Shown here one piece after another: positions 49,651 to 61,397 of a stretch of 64,000 nucleotides of DNA. Positions within the stretch are counted from its first letter, which is position 1. Each line of letters starts with the position of its first letter. Below the pieces are notes generated by a model. That model made no database searches, was not told the origin of the DNA, and saw nothing but the letters and a program-made list of their open reading frames with translations. The stretch lies in NCBI GenBank assembly GCA_963833985.1, contig CAWIAD010000002.1, positions 2,592,001 to 2,656,000 of the forward strand. The letters run 5' to 3'. Source of the DNA: an uncultured Planctomycetaceae bacterium (GTDB taxonomy: Bacteria; Planctomycetota; Planctomycetia; Isosphaerales; Isosphaeraceae). A program made the position numbers and the translations under genes.

Positions 49651-49684
49651 GTTTGTCCCTCGTTCCCACGCTCCGCGCGGGAAC
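49651..49684. repeat. Intact REP-like palindrome, same family as the IS-interrupted copy starting at 47874
   Basis: GTTTGTCCCTCGTTCCCACGCTCCGCGCGGGAAC; its first 27 bp are identical to 47874-47900. Confidence 0.8.
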
Positions 49685-49779
49685 CAGTCTGCGGCATACC
49701 TCTTACCCGCTTCTCGTTAACACTTTTTCAACAGTACTGTGCCTGGATGAGCGGCTCACCTGCCCCGAAGACCTCCGGA

Positions 49780-51684
49780 TCAACTGTTGGTAGCCGGCAG
49801 GCCGGCGCTCTTCCGCCGTGCGAAGAAGCCGGCTCCGTAGTTGCCAAGCGCCGTCCTGCCGCCGGTGTTGATGGCTGCGCCGGGCATTGTCGCCTTCGAG
49901 TATGACGCGGCGTAGCGCCCATGGCCGAGCGCGGCCGTGCTGGTGCCGGTGATGGAGCCGTTGCCGAGCGTTGCCGTGCTGGTGCGGTAGACGTACTGCC
50001 CCGTGGTGGCGTTCCGCGCGGGACGGACCGTGGCCGAGTCGACGCTGTTGATCAGGTCGCCGCGCTGGGTCAGCCGCGCGATCCGGCTGGCCGCGCGAGT
50101 CGCCTCCAGACCGGCCAGGTACGACTGGTAGTCGAAGCCGGTCTTTATCTCGGAGTTGAGCTGGTTGCCGGTGACGCTGACGCTGCCGATGGACCCCTGG
50201 GTTGTGATGGCCGCGTTGGTTAGCGCGGTACCGGGGTTGACCATGTAGGCCGTGGCCGCACCGGTCGAGCCTGTCATGACGAACTTCGGGTTCTGGGCGG
50301 TAAGCGTTGTGTAGTTGGCCGCGCCGACCTTGAGCGACCTGATGTTCCGGGCCGCGATCACGCCGCCGAGGAGCCCATGCGCCGGGTATCCTTCGGACCC
50401 CAGCGGCACGCCGTAGCTGGTGGCCGGCAGATAGACGGTCGTTGCCGTGAGGTTGGGGTTGGTATTGGGCACGGTCGCCGTGGAGTTGAACACGTAGGCG
50501 GGGTTGCCCAGTCCGCGCTTGAAGTTCAACTTGTCGATGGATCCCTTGACCTGCAACGCCACGGCGTCCGCGTTGCCGCCAAAGGTGGCCTTCCTGATAT
50601 AGTTCAGCCCGTTCAAGCTGGAATTGAACGGCGTCGTGCCGCGCTGGGCGGTGAAGTTCACGGCGCTGCCGCGGACATTCAGGTTCTTGATCGCCAGCGC
50701 CGAGAGCGACGTCCGTCCGGTCGTTCCGACGACATTGAACTGGAACTGGTAGCCTGCCGGGATCGGTCCGGATTGCGGCACGCCGGTCCAGTCGTTGACG
50801 GTGCCGCCCTTTGACTGGGACACGTAGTTCGGAGGTACCGGCGACTGGGTGATTGAGACGACGTTGAAGTTTTCGACCACGCCGTTGATGCTGAACTGGA
50901 CGCTGGGGGTCGTCAGCGGGCCCGTGGGCACGGTCGTCGACGAGCTGTCGAAGACGGAGTTGTAGATCGAGTTGATGGTGATCGAGGGCGCGACCTTCAG
51001 CGGGGTGGAGGGGTCGCCGATGACGATCTGGTAAGCGGTCGGGTTCAGGTTGGTGTTGGCGGTCGACGAGGTGTCGATGAGCGCGTCGATGTTGTTGAAC
51101 TTGAGCGTACCCACGCCGCCGTAGAGGAAGATGCCCGGCGTCTGCACCACGGACGGGGTGACGTTGGCCGAGAGATCAAAGCCGTTGAGCACGATCGACT
51201 TCACGCCATTGGTCGCGATCAGGCGATCGAAGAGCACCGTCCCTGAGTCCAGCACCCGGTTCGAGCTGATCACGGTTCCTGTGACATATGTGGTATTGGG
51301 ATTGGAATTGATGATCTGGATGGTGGCGATGTCGTCGTCCAGGGAGCCGTCGGTGGGAGTCGTGTCGGTGACGATCACCTGGCCGGGCCCGTGCACGGTG
51401 ATCGTCCACTGATCGCCGGCGCGGTCCGTCCCCGAGACGATCTTCCCCTGGTTGCTCAGGAGCGAGCTATTGGGATTGTTGTGCTGGTTCAGCGCGCGGA
51501 CCGAGACCGGGATCCGCTGGTTGGTGATCGGGTTGGTGATGAGCAGATCGCTCGGGGTGTAGAGCGCACCATAGCCCGCGGAGCTGACGGAGAGCACCAG
51601 GCGGCTCTCGAGCTGTTCCGGAAGATCAAATTGCCTGCGCCGGGCCGGATCGGGCCGGTCAGACCGCTGTCGCGTGAACCTCAT
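49780..51684 (-). CDS. Planctomycete extracellular protein with an LEPR-xLL-type N-terminal motif
   Basis: RRRQFDLPEQLESRLVLS followed by a T/N/S/G-rich, beta-rich body. Confidence 0.8.
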   Translation of the reverse strand: MRFTRQRSDRPDPARRRQFDLPEQLESRLVLSVSSAGYGALYTPSDLLITNPITNQRIPVSVRALNQHNNPNSSLLSNQGKIVSGTDRAGDQWTITVHGPGQVIVTDTTPTDGSLDDDIATIQIINSNPNTTYVTGTVISSNRVLDSGTVLFDRLIATNGVKSIVLNGFDLSANVTPSVVQTPGIFLYGGVGTLKFNNIDALIDTSSTANTNLNPTAYQIVIGDPSTPLKVAPSITINSIYNSVFDSSSTTVPTGPLTTPSVQFSINGVVENFNVVSITQSPVPPNYVSQSKGGTVNDWTGVPQSGPIPAGYQFQFNVVGTTGRTSLSALAIKNLNVRGSAVNFTAQRGTTPFNSSLNGLNYIRKATFGGNADAVALQVKGSIDKLNFKRGLGNPAYVFNSTATVPNTNPNLTATTVYLPATSYGVPLGSEGYPAHGLLGGVIAARNIRSLKVGAANYTTLTAQNPKFVMTGSTGAATAYMVNPGTALTNAAITTQGSIGSVSVTGNQLNSEIKTGFDYQSYLAGLEATRAASRIARLTQRGDLINSVDSATVRPARNATTGQYVYRTSTATLGNGSITGTSTAALGHGRYAASYSKATMPGAAINTGGRTALGNYGAGFFARRKSAGLPATNS

Positions 51685-51976
51685 CGAAGACTCCCTCCCG
51701 GCGACTCGCCAGGCAGTTCGGTCCCCCGATCCCGTGGATCGGTGACGCCCGCCCCTGGCCGCCCTCCCTGATTCGGATACTCGACCGGCAATGAACCGAC
51801 AGACGCGCCGCCACCGTCACCGGATTGATCCGAGGACGGCCGGGCCGCGATGACGTCTCCCAGGCCCGGCGCGGTGAGTCGCTGACACGTCTAAGAGTCG
51901 GACGGGGTGCGAGAACGACTTCATCCGACGTGGGAAGATGGGAAGGCCGGGGTGTCGAGGAAAGCGAAGGGATTGA

Positions 51977-52336
51977 TTAGACCGTAGAAACCGGACGGAG
52001 CGTGGCCATTGCGGCGTCCTCGTCATCGGCCAGGGTGAAGTAGCGATCGAGCTTCATGACCTTGAGCAGGTCGGCGACGACGGGATGGACCTGAAAGAGG
52101 ACGATCTTGCCCTGCCGGGTCTCGATACGTCGTTTCAGCCCGACGAGGATCGCGACGCCGGAGCTTGACAGGTAATCGATGCGCCCCAGGTCGAGGGCGA
52201 CGCGCGGCTCGGGGCGGCTCTGGACCAGGTCGTACAGCGAATCTCGCAGTGCGTTGTTCCGGAAGTCATTCAGCCCTGCGGCGCTATCGAAACTGATGAC
52301 CAGGGCGTCCGACTGGTCGCGCGTGTTGAACGTCAT
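51977..52336 (-). CDS. STAS-domain anti-sigma factor antagonist
   Basis: LDLGRIDYLSSSGVAILV with the phosphoacceptor Ser; GAGGT upstream of ATG 52336. Confidence 0.9.
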   Translation of the reverse strand: MTFNTRDQSDALVISFDSAAGLNDFRNNALRDSLYDLVQSRPEPRVALDLGRIDYLSSSGVAILVGLKRRIETRQGKIVLFQVHPVVADLLKVMKLDRYFTLADDEDAAMATLRPVSTV

Positions 52337-52705
52337 ACCTCGCAGACCTTTCCCGGAGACGAACCGAACCGGCAAGACGGCAGCGCCGGCCCATATCGCT
52401 GCCCGGTGCCGCAGCTCTGTTGCGCTGCGCGGAAGTACTCGACATGGGTTGATCTTATCGCGCCGATGACGAGAATTGCAATTCAACGTTGCCGGCAAAC
52501 CCGGTGCTCTGGCGGTTTTCTCGGAGGTTAGGGAATGTTAGATTAGGGACGGTCATGACGTGGTCAGCCGGCCGGCTCGTGGTGCCCTCACGAGCGGCCG
52601 GGTGGCGCGGTGCTCCGGTTCGTCCCGGGCTGCGCCGGGACCGGGCTGGCTGTCTCTGGACGATCGCGGTTCGATGACGGCCGATTTGGGCGCGGGGTTT
52701 CTGCG

Positions 52706-53182
52706 TTGAATCGACTCTTGCTGGCACTCAAAGTATTCTGGCGCATTCTCACCGAGCCCGACTTCGCCGCGCGGGTTGAGCCGCTCCTGTCGCGCGCGCC
52801 GACCGGCCCGGACCTGCGGATCCTCGCGGTCCTGCAACGCGACGGGCGGCTCGTGGACTTCCTCCAGGAGGAGATCGACGGCTACAGCGACGCCCAGATC
52901 GGGGCGGCGGTGCGCGACATCCACCGGGGTTGCCGCAAGTCGCTGCACGATTACCTGAGCATCGAGCCGATCATCAACGCGGCCGAGGAAGCCCCGGTGC
53001 AGGTCCCCACCGACTTTGACCCGGCCGCCATTCGTCTGCTGGGCAAGGTGGACGGCAAGCCCCCCTTCCAGGGAGTGCTCAAGCACCACGGCTGGCGTGT
53101 GCGTTCGGTTCACCTGCCGGTCCTGCCGGCCACCCGCGATGACACATCGGTTCTCTCGCCGGCCGAGGTGGAGCTGTCGTGA
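52706..53182 (+). CDS. DUF2760 domain protein
   Basis: LAVLQRDGRLVDFLQE...YSDAQIGAAVR..H.GW..VLSPAEVEL; TTG start. Confidence 0.88.
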   Translation: MNRLLLALKVFWRILTEPDFAARVEPLLSRAPTGPDLRILAVLQRDGRLVDFLQEEIDGYSDAQIGAAVRDIHRGCRKSLHDYLSIEPIINAAEEAPVQVPTDFDPAAIRLLGKVDGKPPFQGVLKHHGWRVRSVHLPVLPATRDDTSVLSPAEVELS

Positions 53183-53221
53183 GCCGTTGCCGGGGCTCTG
53201 GCCAATGCCAAAGGAACCTCC

Positions 53222-55055
53222 ATGTCCCGCTATGTCGTCGGCATCGATCTGGGCACGACCAACAGCGCACTGGCGTTCGCCGCGATGGATGCGAGTGAAG
53301 CCGCCGGGGCCGACCAGCAGCCGGGCCCCGTCGACACCCTGCCGATCCCGCAGGTGGTCGGCGTCAACGACGTGTCCGAGCGCGCGCTGCTGCCGTCGTT
53401 TCTGTACCTGCCATCGCCCCGCGAGTTTCCCCCGGGCGCGCTGGACCTGCCCTGGAAATCGCCGCCGGACCGGCTGGTGGGGACCTTCGCGCGTGACCAC
53501 GGCGCGCGGGTGCCCGGCCGGCTTATCGCCTCGGCGAAGAGCTGGCTCTCGCACGCCGGAGTTGACCGCCGCAGCCCGATACTGCCCTGGACGGCGGCGG
53601 ACGACCTGGTCAAGGTGTCACCGGTGGCTGCGTCGGCCGCCTACCTGGAGCACCTGCGTGATGCCTGGAATGCCCGGCTGGGCGGCAAGAAGGCCGACGA
53701 GCGGCTGGAGAACCAGGATGTGCTGCTGACCGTGCCGGCCTCGTTCGACGCCGTCGTGCGCGAGCTGACCATGGAAGCCGCGGGCCAGGCCGGGCTGAAG
53801 CAGGTGACCCTGCTGGAGGAGCCCCAGGCCGCCTTCTACGCCTGGCTGGCGATGCAGGGCGAGAAGTGGCGCAAGCAGGTCAAGGTTGGCGACATCATCC
53901 TCGTCTGCGACGTGGGCGGTGGCACCACGGACTTCACGCTCATCTCCGTGAGCGATGAGGGTGGCGACCTGGTGCTGGCGCGGCTGGCGGTTGGCGAGCA
54001 CATCCTGCTGGGCGGCGACAACATGGACCTGGCGCTCGCCCACGCCGTGGCGGCCACGCTGCCTCAGGGAATGGACGGGCTTGACGCCACCCAGCGCGTG
54101 GCGCTCGGCTACGCCTGCCGCAGCGCCAAGGAAACGCTCTTCGCCGAGCCGCGCAAGTCCGCCGCGCCGGTCACGGTGCTGGGCCGCAGCTCGAAGGTGA
54201 TCGGCGGCTCGATCAAGACCGAGCTCACGCGTGAATTGCTCAATCAAACACTTCTTGAAGGGTTTCTGCCGCGCGGCGCGGCAACCGACCTGCCGCTCCG
54301 CGGGCGGCGCGTGGGCCTGACCGAGATTGGCCTGCCGTACGCCGCGGACCCCGCGATCACCCGCCACCTGGCGCGGTTCCTGGGCCAGCAGGCCGGCTCG
54401 CTGCACACGGGAGGGTCCATGGTACGGCCCTCGGCCGTGCTCTTCAACGGCGGCGTGTTCAAGGCCCTGGAGCTGCGCCAGCGCGTGCTGGACGTGCTCT
54501 CCGATTGGGGCGGCCAGCCCGTGCCGGAGCTGCAAGCGACCGACGTGGACCTTGCCGTGGCCCGGGGCGCCGCGTATTACGGCCAGGTCCGCCGGGGCAG
54601 GGGCGTGCGGATTCGCGGAGGCGTGGCCCGGTCGTACTATGTGGGCCTGGAAACCTCGGCCCCGGCGGTGCCGGGAGTGCCGCCGCCGATCAAGGCGCTC
54701 TGCGTCGTGCCGCAGGGCATGGAAGAAGGCACCGAGACCGACGTGCCCAGCTCAGAGCTCGGCCTGGTGGTCGGCGAGCCGGCCGTCTTCCGCTTTCTTA
54801 GCTCCACCACCCGTCGCGACGACCCCGTGGGCATCATCCTGGAACGCTGGAGTCCCGACGAGATCCAGGAGCTTGCCCCGCTGGAGATGGCGCTTGCCGC
54901 CGAGGACGGCGCCGAGGGCGAGACCGTGCCAGTGCGTCTGCACTCGAACGTCAACGAGGTGGGTACGCTCGAGCTCTCGGTGCCAGAGCACCCGCGATCC
55001 GCGCCGCTGGAAACTGGAGTTCAACGTGCGCGAGCCGGCGGCGCCTGGAACCTGA
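53222..55055 (+). CDS. Hsp70-family protein (DUF2760-associated type); frameshift near 54978
   Basis: GIDLGTTNS, TVPASFD, EEPQAA, DVGGGTTDF, LGGDNMD; C-terminus RRWKLEFNVR is in the shifted frame ending at 55055. Confidence 0.9.
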
Positions 55056-55103
55056 CAGGCTGGCATGCGAGGCGGCCGGTCACCCGCAGGCCTCTTGTTT
55101 GCT

Positions 55104-55394
55104 TCAGCGCGGGCACGCCCCGGAATGGCCCACGGATCGGCGCTGGCGGATGGCGGTTCGCGTGTTGGACAGCCAGCGGTCAAGAGCTACCATCGGCGTG
55201 CCATGAGTGTGCATGCGCAGCGCGTCGATGCGCTCTTCCAGCGCCACGCATTCGGCCGGGCTGGATTTCCGCTTCAGCATCGCGTGCACATCGTGGGCAA
55301 TCTGCCGGACACCCTGTGCCAGGGCAGCAGGGTCGATTGCCGTGGCGGTGGATGCCCCGCTCCTGTGCCGAGATTGACACTCCAGAACTTCCAT
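55104..55394 (-). CDS. Small hypothetical protein
   Basis: 96-aa helical ORF with GGGAG upstream of the ATG; fills the intergenic gap. Confidence 0.5.
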   Translation of the reverse strand: MEVLECQSRHRSGASTATAIDPAALAQGVRQIAHDVHAMLKRKSSPAECVALEERIDALRMHTHGTPMVALDRWLSNTRTAIRQRRSVGHSGACPR

Positions 55395-55602
55395 TGCAAA
55401 ACTCCCTGAACGATCAGTGGATCCTCTGCAACAACCCTAGGTCCGGCGCCTGCCGGGAATGCCGGATTTCATGATCGCGCCCGCCGGGTGGCGTGCCCGG
55501 GCAACACGAATTGCAAATACCCGGTTTCCGAAGTATGTTCGGACCAGCGACGGGAACAGCGATTGCCAATGCTCACGTTTCGCGAGACGGGGTACAGCGG
55601 GG

Positions 55603-56078
55603 ATGGCCAGCGAGAATGTCTTGATCGTGGACGGTGCCGTAAGCAACCGCCTGGAACTGCGGCTTGCGGACCTCGCGGCGTTTCCCGCGGCCGATCAGAT
55701 CGGGGACGTTTCCCGGTTCCATCCCGGGCGTCCGGGGGGCGGCGTGGCGCTGGAGGCGCTCCTCACCGCCGCGCAGCCGCACGCCGAGGCCAACTACCTG
55801 ACCCTGCACGCCGAGCGCGACGACTTCCACGTCTCGGTCCCGCTCGCGGCCGTGCGCGCGGAGGGGATTGTGGTCTATCACCGCGCGGCGCGCCGCTGCC
55901 GGTCGAGCAAGGAGGGCCGATCCGTTTCCTGATCCGCGATCCAGCGGCCTGCCATACCGACGAGCTCGACGACTGCGCCAACGTGAAGTTTCTCAGCCGC
56001 ATCGAGCTGTCGGTGCGGCGCGGCCGCGACACCCGCCCGCAGACCGAGGAAGAGCACGCCCGGCTGCACGCGGACTGA
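55603..56078 (+). CDS. Molybdopterin-binding oxidoreductase-like domain protein; frameshift near 55886
   Basis: LIVDGAV..LADL...GVALEALL in the first frame; PLPVEQGGPIRFLI...CANVKFLSRIEL in the second. Confidence 0.75.
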
Positions 56079-56120
56079 ACGGCGGCAGCCGCCCGTTTCA
56101 GGCCGGGATGATGGCCGGGT

Positions 56121-56636
56121 CTACTGCACCCAGCCCAGAAGCTGAGCAAGCTTCCAGGACAGGACGGTCAGGGTGACGGCTCCCGAGCCGAAGGCCGCCA
56201 CGAGCACGCCGGCGGCGGCAATCTCGCGGGCCATGCAGAGCCGTGGCTCCTCGGGGTCGCCGATGGCGCGGGCCAGTGTATCCACGGCGCTGTGTGCCAG
56301 CTCGGCGATCAGGACCAGGGAGGCGGCGATCACCAGCAGGCACCAGCTCCACTGGTTCACCCCCAGCAGGCCGGCGGTGATGACGATGAGCGTGCCCCGA
56401 TAGGCGTGGGCGAAGAAGCTCGAGTCGCCCCGGATGGCGTGCTTCAGACCGCGCACGCCGGCCAGCATCTTGCTGCGCGTGTTGCGCCGGTCGGCGCGGG
56501 CGGTCAACTGGGGAACGGCGTCCAGGTCGAGCTGGAGCCGGGCCTCGTCGAAATCGGGGACTGGAAGCAGCCCGCGGGAGGAACCGCCCGCGGCCAGGGT
56601 TTCACGCGGAGTCTGTTGTGTGCTCGATTCGGTCAT
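56121..56636 (-). CDS. Prokaryotic diacylglycerol kinase (DgkA family)
   Basis: GLKHAIRGDSSFFAH, AELAHSAVDTL, AREIAAAGVL with 3 TM segments. Start could also be 56663. Confidence 0.75.
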   Translation of the reverse strand: MTESSTQQTPRETLAAGGSSRGLLPVPDFDEARLQLDLDAVPQLTARADRRNTRSKMLAGVRGLKHAIRGDSSFFAHAYRGTLIVITAGLLGVNQWSWCLLVIAASLVLIAELAHSAVDTLARAIGDPEEPRLCMAREIAAAGVLVAAFGSGAVTLTVLSWKLAQLLGWVQ

Positions 56637-56684
56637 GGTCCCGGCGGTTCCGTCCTTGGTCATGAAAGGCCGTCAGCCTCGTGC

Positions 56685-59600
56685 TCACTGCGTCGGGGCG
56701 TAACGCGAGTCGAACTGGTTCAGTCCCACGGCACCGCCAAGCCGGAGGTTCGGCGACAGCCGGGGCGAGATTTGAACCGCGAAGGTCGACGCGTTGCGCT
56801 GAGGATCGTACGACAGGCCGACGGATGTCAAGTAGTCGGCCCCGATGCGGGTGAACGAGAACATCGAGCCCAGCGGAATCTTGTTGCCGAAGTCATACGA
56901 TGTGGAGAATGTACCAAACCATTTGGGGCTTAACCAGTACGAGACCGAGGCGTTGAGTGCCGAGGTATTGATCGTCCCGGTGTTGATCACCGTGTAGCCG
57001 ATGAACACGTTGCCCCGGGGCGGGCGGCTCAGCGAGACTCCCGTGGTGATCACGTTCAGTCCACGCGGGTTGTAGCCGGCGACGGTGTAGTTGGACAGCG
57101 GCTGGCTGCCGGTGATGGGGAAGTAGTCGAACCAGCCATAAGAGATCAGGCTCGTCCGGTCGCCGACGAACCACTGGTAGTTGTACATCGTCTGGCCCCA
57201 GGGCGTGCCGAAGTTGTCGCGCTGGGCGTCGGGGAAGTAGGTGCCCATGACGTCCACCGTCATCCAGTCAACGATCCGCCGCTTCCCCATGGGCCCGCGC
57301 TTGGTTTGCAGCCGCTGGTGAACGCCCATCTGAAGGGTCGTGATCGACGACTGGATATCGGTCGTGCCGGTGATCGGCGAGAGCGCGCGGCGGAGGATCA
57401 GGTGCCGCGGGTCGTACGGACCCGGGAGGATGCCGCCGGTCCAGTTGGTGATCGCGAAGTAACGGCGGACGAATTCGTACCAGTTGTCGTCCAGGTCATC
57501 CTGGACGGCGATCGAGTTGAGCTGGTGGTTGGCGTACGCGGCGCGGAAGTCGGCGTACAGGCTGATCTTGTTATTCAGGCCGTGGACGTTGAGGATCTCG
57601 TTCTCCACGTCGGGATAGAGCTTGTAGGCGGTGCTCTCGGCATGCATGCCGGCGGCGCCCCAGAAGCGGGCCATCCCGCCGGTGCTCTGCTGATTGAAGG
57701 GGCCGCCACCGAGCTGGTTGCTCCAGCCGACGATCTGCCCTTGCAGATAAGGCACGATCCGCACCACGTCGTAGATGTTCAGCGGCATGTCGATCTCGTG
57801 GTTCGTGTAGGCGCGGAACGACGACCAGGGGCCGCTGGTGTTGGAAACCGGGTCATACGGGATGAACGCGAACAGGTTGGGATTGTTCACCATGACGTCG
57901 GTGTGCACGTTGGCGTAGTCCGCACCCGTATGCGTGTAATAATTGAGCCTGTGGTTCAGCAGTGAATCGCCCAGGCGATAGTAGTCCAGCCGCGGCAGCC
58001 ACTGGGTGTCGGTATAGAAGTTCTGGAGGTTGACCTCGCCCCAGGCGTCCCAGGCCCAGTTATTCTTCTGGTACTGCATGTATCCCAGGGTTTCCTGGTC
58101 CATGCCGGTTTCCGCCAGCCGCTTGTAGTATTCCTCCAGGAAGTGCCGGTCGGAGACGTACCCGGCCTCGACCTGGAGCCGCAGGTCCTCGAACGGATGC
58201 TCGTCGTCGTCCGGCAGGAAGCGCTGCATGTGGCGGGTGTTGAACCGGCCGCGGATGCTCTGGAATGGTGGTACGTCGATGCGCTGGTAGCCCCGCTTGC
58301 CGGCGCCCGGCGGTCCGTTGGTGACGATCGCTGGCCCAGAGCCCAGCACGTCATTGCCCGAGTCCTTCAGTCCCCAGATGTCGAGGTAGCCGAAGTAGTC
58401 GTAAGTCAGGTGCTGGCCCGGATTGCGGATCTTGTGGTAAGGATCGGTGAGATCGCGGACCAGGTCGCTGCCATACCAACCCAGCTCGCTGCCCAGCGCC
58501 GGAAAGTCCTTGGTCCGGGCACTCAGGTAGTCAAGGTCCAGGTTCCAGATATCCACCCAGGCCGGCCTTCGCACGCCGATCACCTTGAAACCGTTCCAGT
58601 CGCTGAGCACCTGCTCGCCGAAGTAGTTGTTCTGCCGGAACGAGATCTGGCGCAGGGGCGCTTCCAGGTCGTCTGTCTCGCCGACGAGGCGCGGCCAGTA
58701 GAAGACCGGAACCGGTCCCATGTAGAAGAAATTCTGCCGCGCCTCGTAGCGCCAGAGGTAGTCAAGCGGAGCGCCGGGGTCATCCGGATTGCCGATCTGC
58801 TTGCCCGTGTTGGGGTCCTGCTGGGTCCTCTGCTTGCGCGTCAGATCGACGGTACGGTTGTTGATCTGGTAGGCGGGGTCCGGGAACCGGCTGCCCGTCA
58901 TGACGGTGCGTTCGGTGCGGATCTCCGGGTTGGGGTCCATGATGAGCGTGCCGTCGGCGCGCTGCGTGAGCCTGTGGAACTGCTCGATCTTCGGCGACTT
59001 GAGCTTCATGGGCGCGATGAAGCCCGGCGCGAAGACATCGACCTCGGCGTTGTAGGCCATGAGCCGATCGGTCAGGAAGTCGTAGTAGGCGCGGGGCGCG
59101 GAAGGTGCGCTGGTCTCCCTTGCCCGCCACCCGGTTCTCATCCTGCCGGAGGATGACGTTCCCTTCGAGGTAGACCTCCATGGGCTGGTTGGCGTTCTCG
59201 ATCAGCTCTCCGCTGGGCCCACGCACTTCCTCCCCCTTCTTCGGGTCGGGATGGCGCCAGACCACCGCCTCGTCGGCCTCGATGTCGATGATGCCGAACT
59301 TGGGAGACTGGGTGATCATGTTGATGCCGTTCCGGTAGATGATCACCCTTGTCCCGTCGGGGAGTGGAGGCCGGAAGTCGACATCGGGCTTGCGGCCACT
59401 GCGCGGGAAAATGTTGGTCACGCGCTGCGAACCCGGCGTGATGGGCGCAGTGGGCGAGGCGGGCCGCGCCGGCGCGGTGCGGGCCCCGGGCCCTTGTCCC
59501 CGCCCCGGCCTGGCCGGGCGGGCTGGCGCGGCCGGCTGGCCGCCGTTGCTTGCGCCGGTACCAGCGCCCTGCGCCGGCTTCCGGCAATGGCTGAGTCTCG

Positions 59601-60686
59601 CGGTACGTCCTCGGGGTTTGCCAGGTTGGGAACTTCCACCTCGCTGGCGCCCTCGATAGGGGGCAAGTCCACCACGGGCGGCTCGCCGCTCTCCGGCGCC
59701 GGCGCCGCGGTTGGCGGGACCTCGGCGGGCGTCGCGGGCTGGCTGTCGCCGGGTGCCTGCGCCCGCTGGACCGCGGGATCCACGCCATCAAACCGGGCGC
59801 GCTGAACCTGCGGGTCTCTGCGCGGCGGTCTGGGCACGGGCACGGGTTCGAGGGGCGGTAATTCCGGGGGCACAACCACGCTGTCCGTGGCCGCCACGAT
59901 CGGACTTCCCGCCAGCGTGGTGCCGGCCAGGGGACCGGCTCCCGGCGCGGCCGGCCCGGCGGTGACCGGAGCGGGCACCAGGTCTGGCATCGCAGCCGTG
60001 GACGCCTGGGAAGGTGGGGCAGGGGCCCCTGGAGCCAGTGCCGGCTGAGCCGGTAGGTCTCCGGCCTCCGGTGCGGCCAGGGCGGGCGGGGTTGCCGCGA
60101 GCGAAGCGGGCGTCCGCGTCGCGTACGCGACCTTGCGCGTCTCGGTCGCCACTCGCCTCTCCGCTGCCGCGGTCGACGCCCTCAGGCCCGAGCGGCGGAG
60201 GATCATGAGTTCTTGCGGGGGCTCGTGGCAATGGGTCACGCCACCGGGCCGGTAGGTGCGCAACTGGACGTGCTTGCGCGTCCGCAGCGCGAGACGTGAC
60301 TGGGGTCGCGGCGCCTCGTTTTTTCCAGAGACCTGGACGTCGCCCTCCGCGTAGACGTCGACCACGTACTCGCGGTCACCGTCGGCCGGCATCTCGCTGA
60401 TGCGCACGACGGCCGCGCGGCTGCGCAGGCCCTCGCCGGCCAGGAGCACGGCCGCCTCGCCGGAGAGCACGGCCCAGCGCTCGTTGGCAACTTCCCAGAC
60501 CTGCGCGCGCTGGGCCGACAGATCGATCACGTCGGCGCCCGCGTCCGTGGCCGTGGCCGTGGCCGTGGCCGTGGCCGTGGCCGTGGCCGTGGCCGTGGCC
60601 GTGGCCGGCGAAGTCGGAGGCTGAGCCGCCGATTCACGAGGAATCGCCAGCGCGAACAGGAATATCCACCACACGCATGGCCGCAT
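56685..60686 (-). CDS. LptD/OstA-like outer-membrane protein, broken by frameshifts (~59430, ~59095 and possibly more)
   Basis: Signal peptide, VYAEGDV, a Pro/Ala linker, VYLEGNVILRQ, GPVPVFYWP, SDRHFLEEYY, RLQTKRG and a beta-barrel-like C-terminus across three consecutive ORFs. Confidence 0.75.
60545..60607. repeat. (CCGTGG)10 tandem repeat encoding an (Ala-Thr)n tract
   Basis: Ten perfect hexamer copies just after the signal peptide of the LptD-like gene. Confidence 0.95.
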
Positions 60687-61367
60687 GTGGCGTCTGGGCT
60701 GGTCGTGCTCTCGCACGGTTCCTCCCAAGGTACGACCGGACCCCTTTGCGGCCGGCCTTCCCTGGCCAGACCGCGATTGAGCGTCGCTCGGAGTTTCAAC
60801 GCATCCGCCACGAAGCCTTGCCGACGCGGCAGGGTCTCGCCGGCCTCGTGTTGCGTCGCGCCCGACCGGCCTGATTCCGAGAGGCGGCCAGGACGAGCGC
60901 GGAGCTCTGTTCGGAGATGCGAGTGACGGGACAATCGTCGGGAAGGCTAACGCTCCCGGCGATTCCGGTCAAGGTCGACAACGACGAAGTGCAGGGGCGC
61001 AGGGGCACGCCTTGTGCAATCGCCGTTCGTTCCGATCCATGTGGTCACTGATCGACTCGCAAAGGAAGTGCGCCCGGCGCACCCACCGGCCGACCCGGTG
61101 ATACCTCAGGGTCACGGAGGCTCGACCAGGAACGCCCGGGCCGTTCGTCGCGCACGGACCTCCATGCAAGATCCACTGAACACGGGATCGCACCGGGCCT
61201 GGCCATGCGGCGTCGCATGATCCCTCTTGGTACTGAATCTGACATTCTTCACAGTCCCTTGTTGTTCTGAATACGCAGGTTTCGGGATGTAGACCCCTGG
61301 TTGGCCCGGACAGGCGACGAATTTGTTCGGTTTTGAATGAGAAGAGCGGAAAAAAATTGAACGTCCC

Positions 61368-61397
61368 TTGACAAGCGCGTATGGCCGTAGGTATTTG
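61368..61397 (+). promoter_or_regulatory. Possible sigma-70 promoter
   Basis: Perfect TTGACA preceded by an A-tract, but the -10 region (GTATTT/TATTTG) is weak. Confidence 0.3.
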
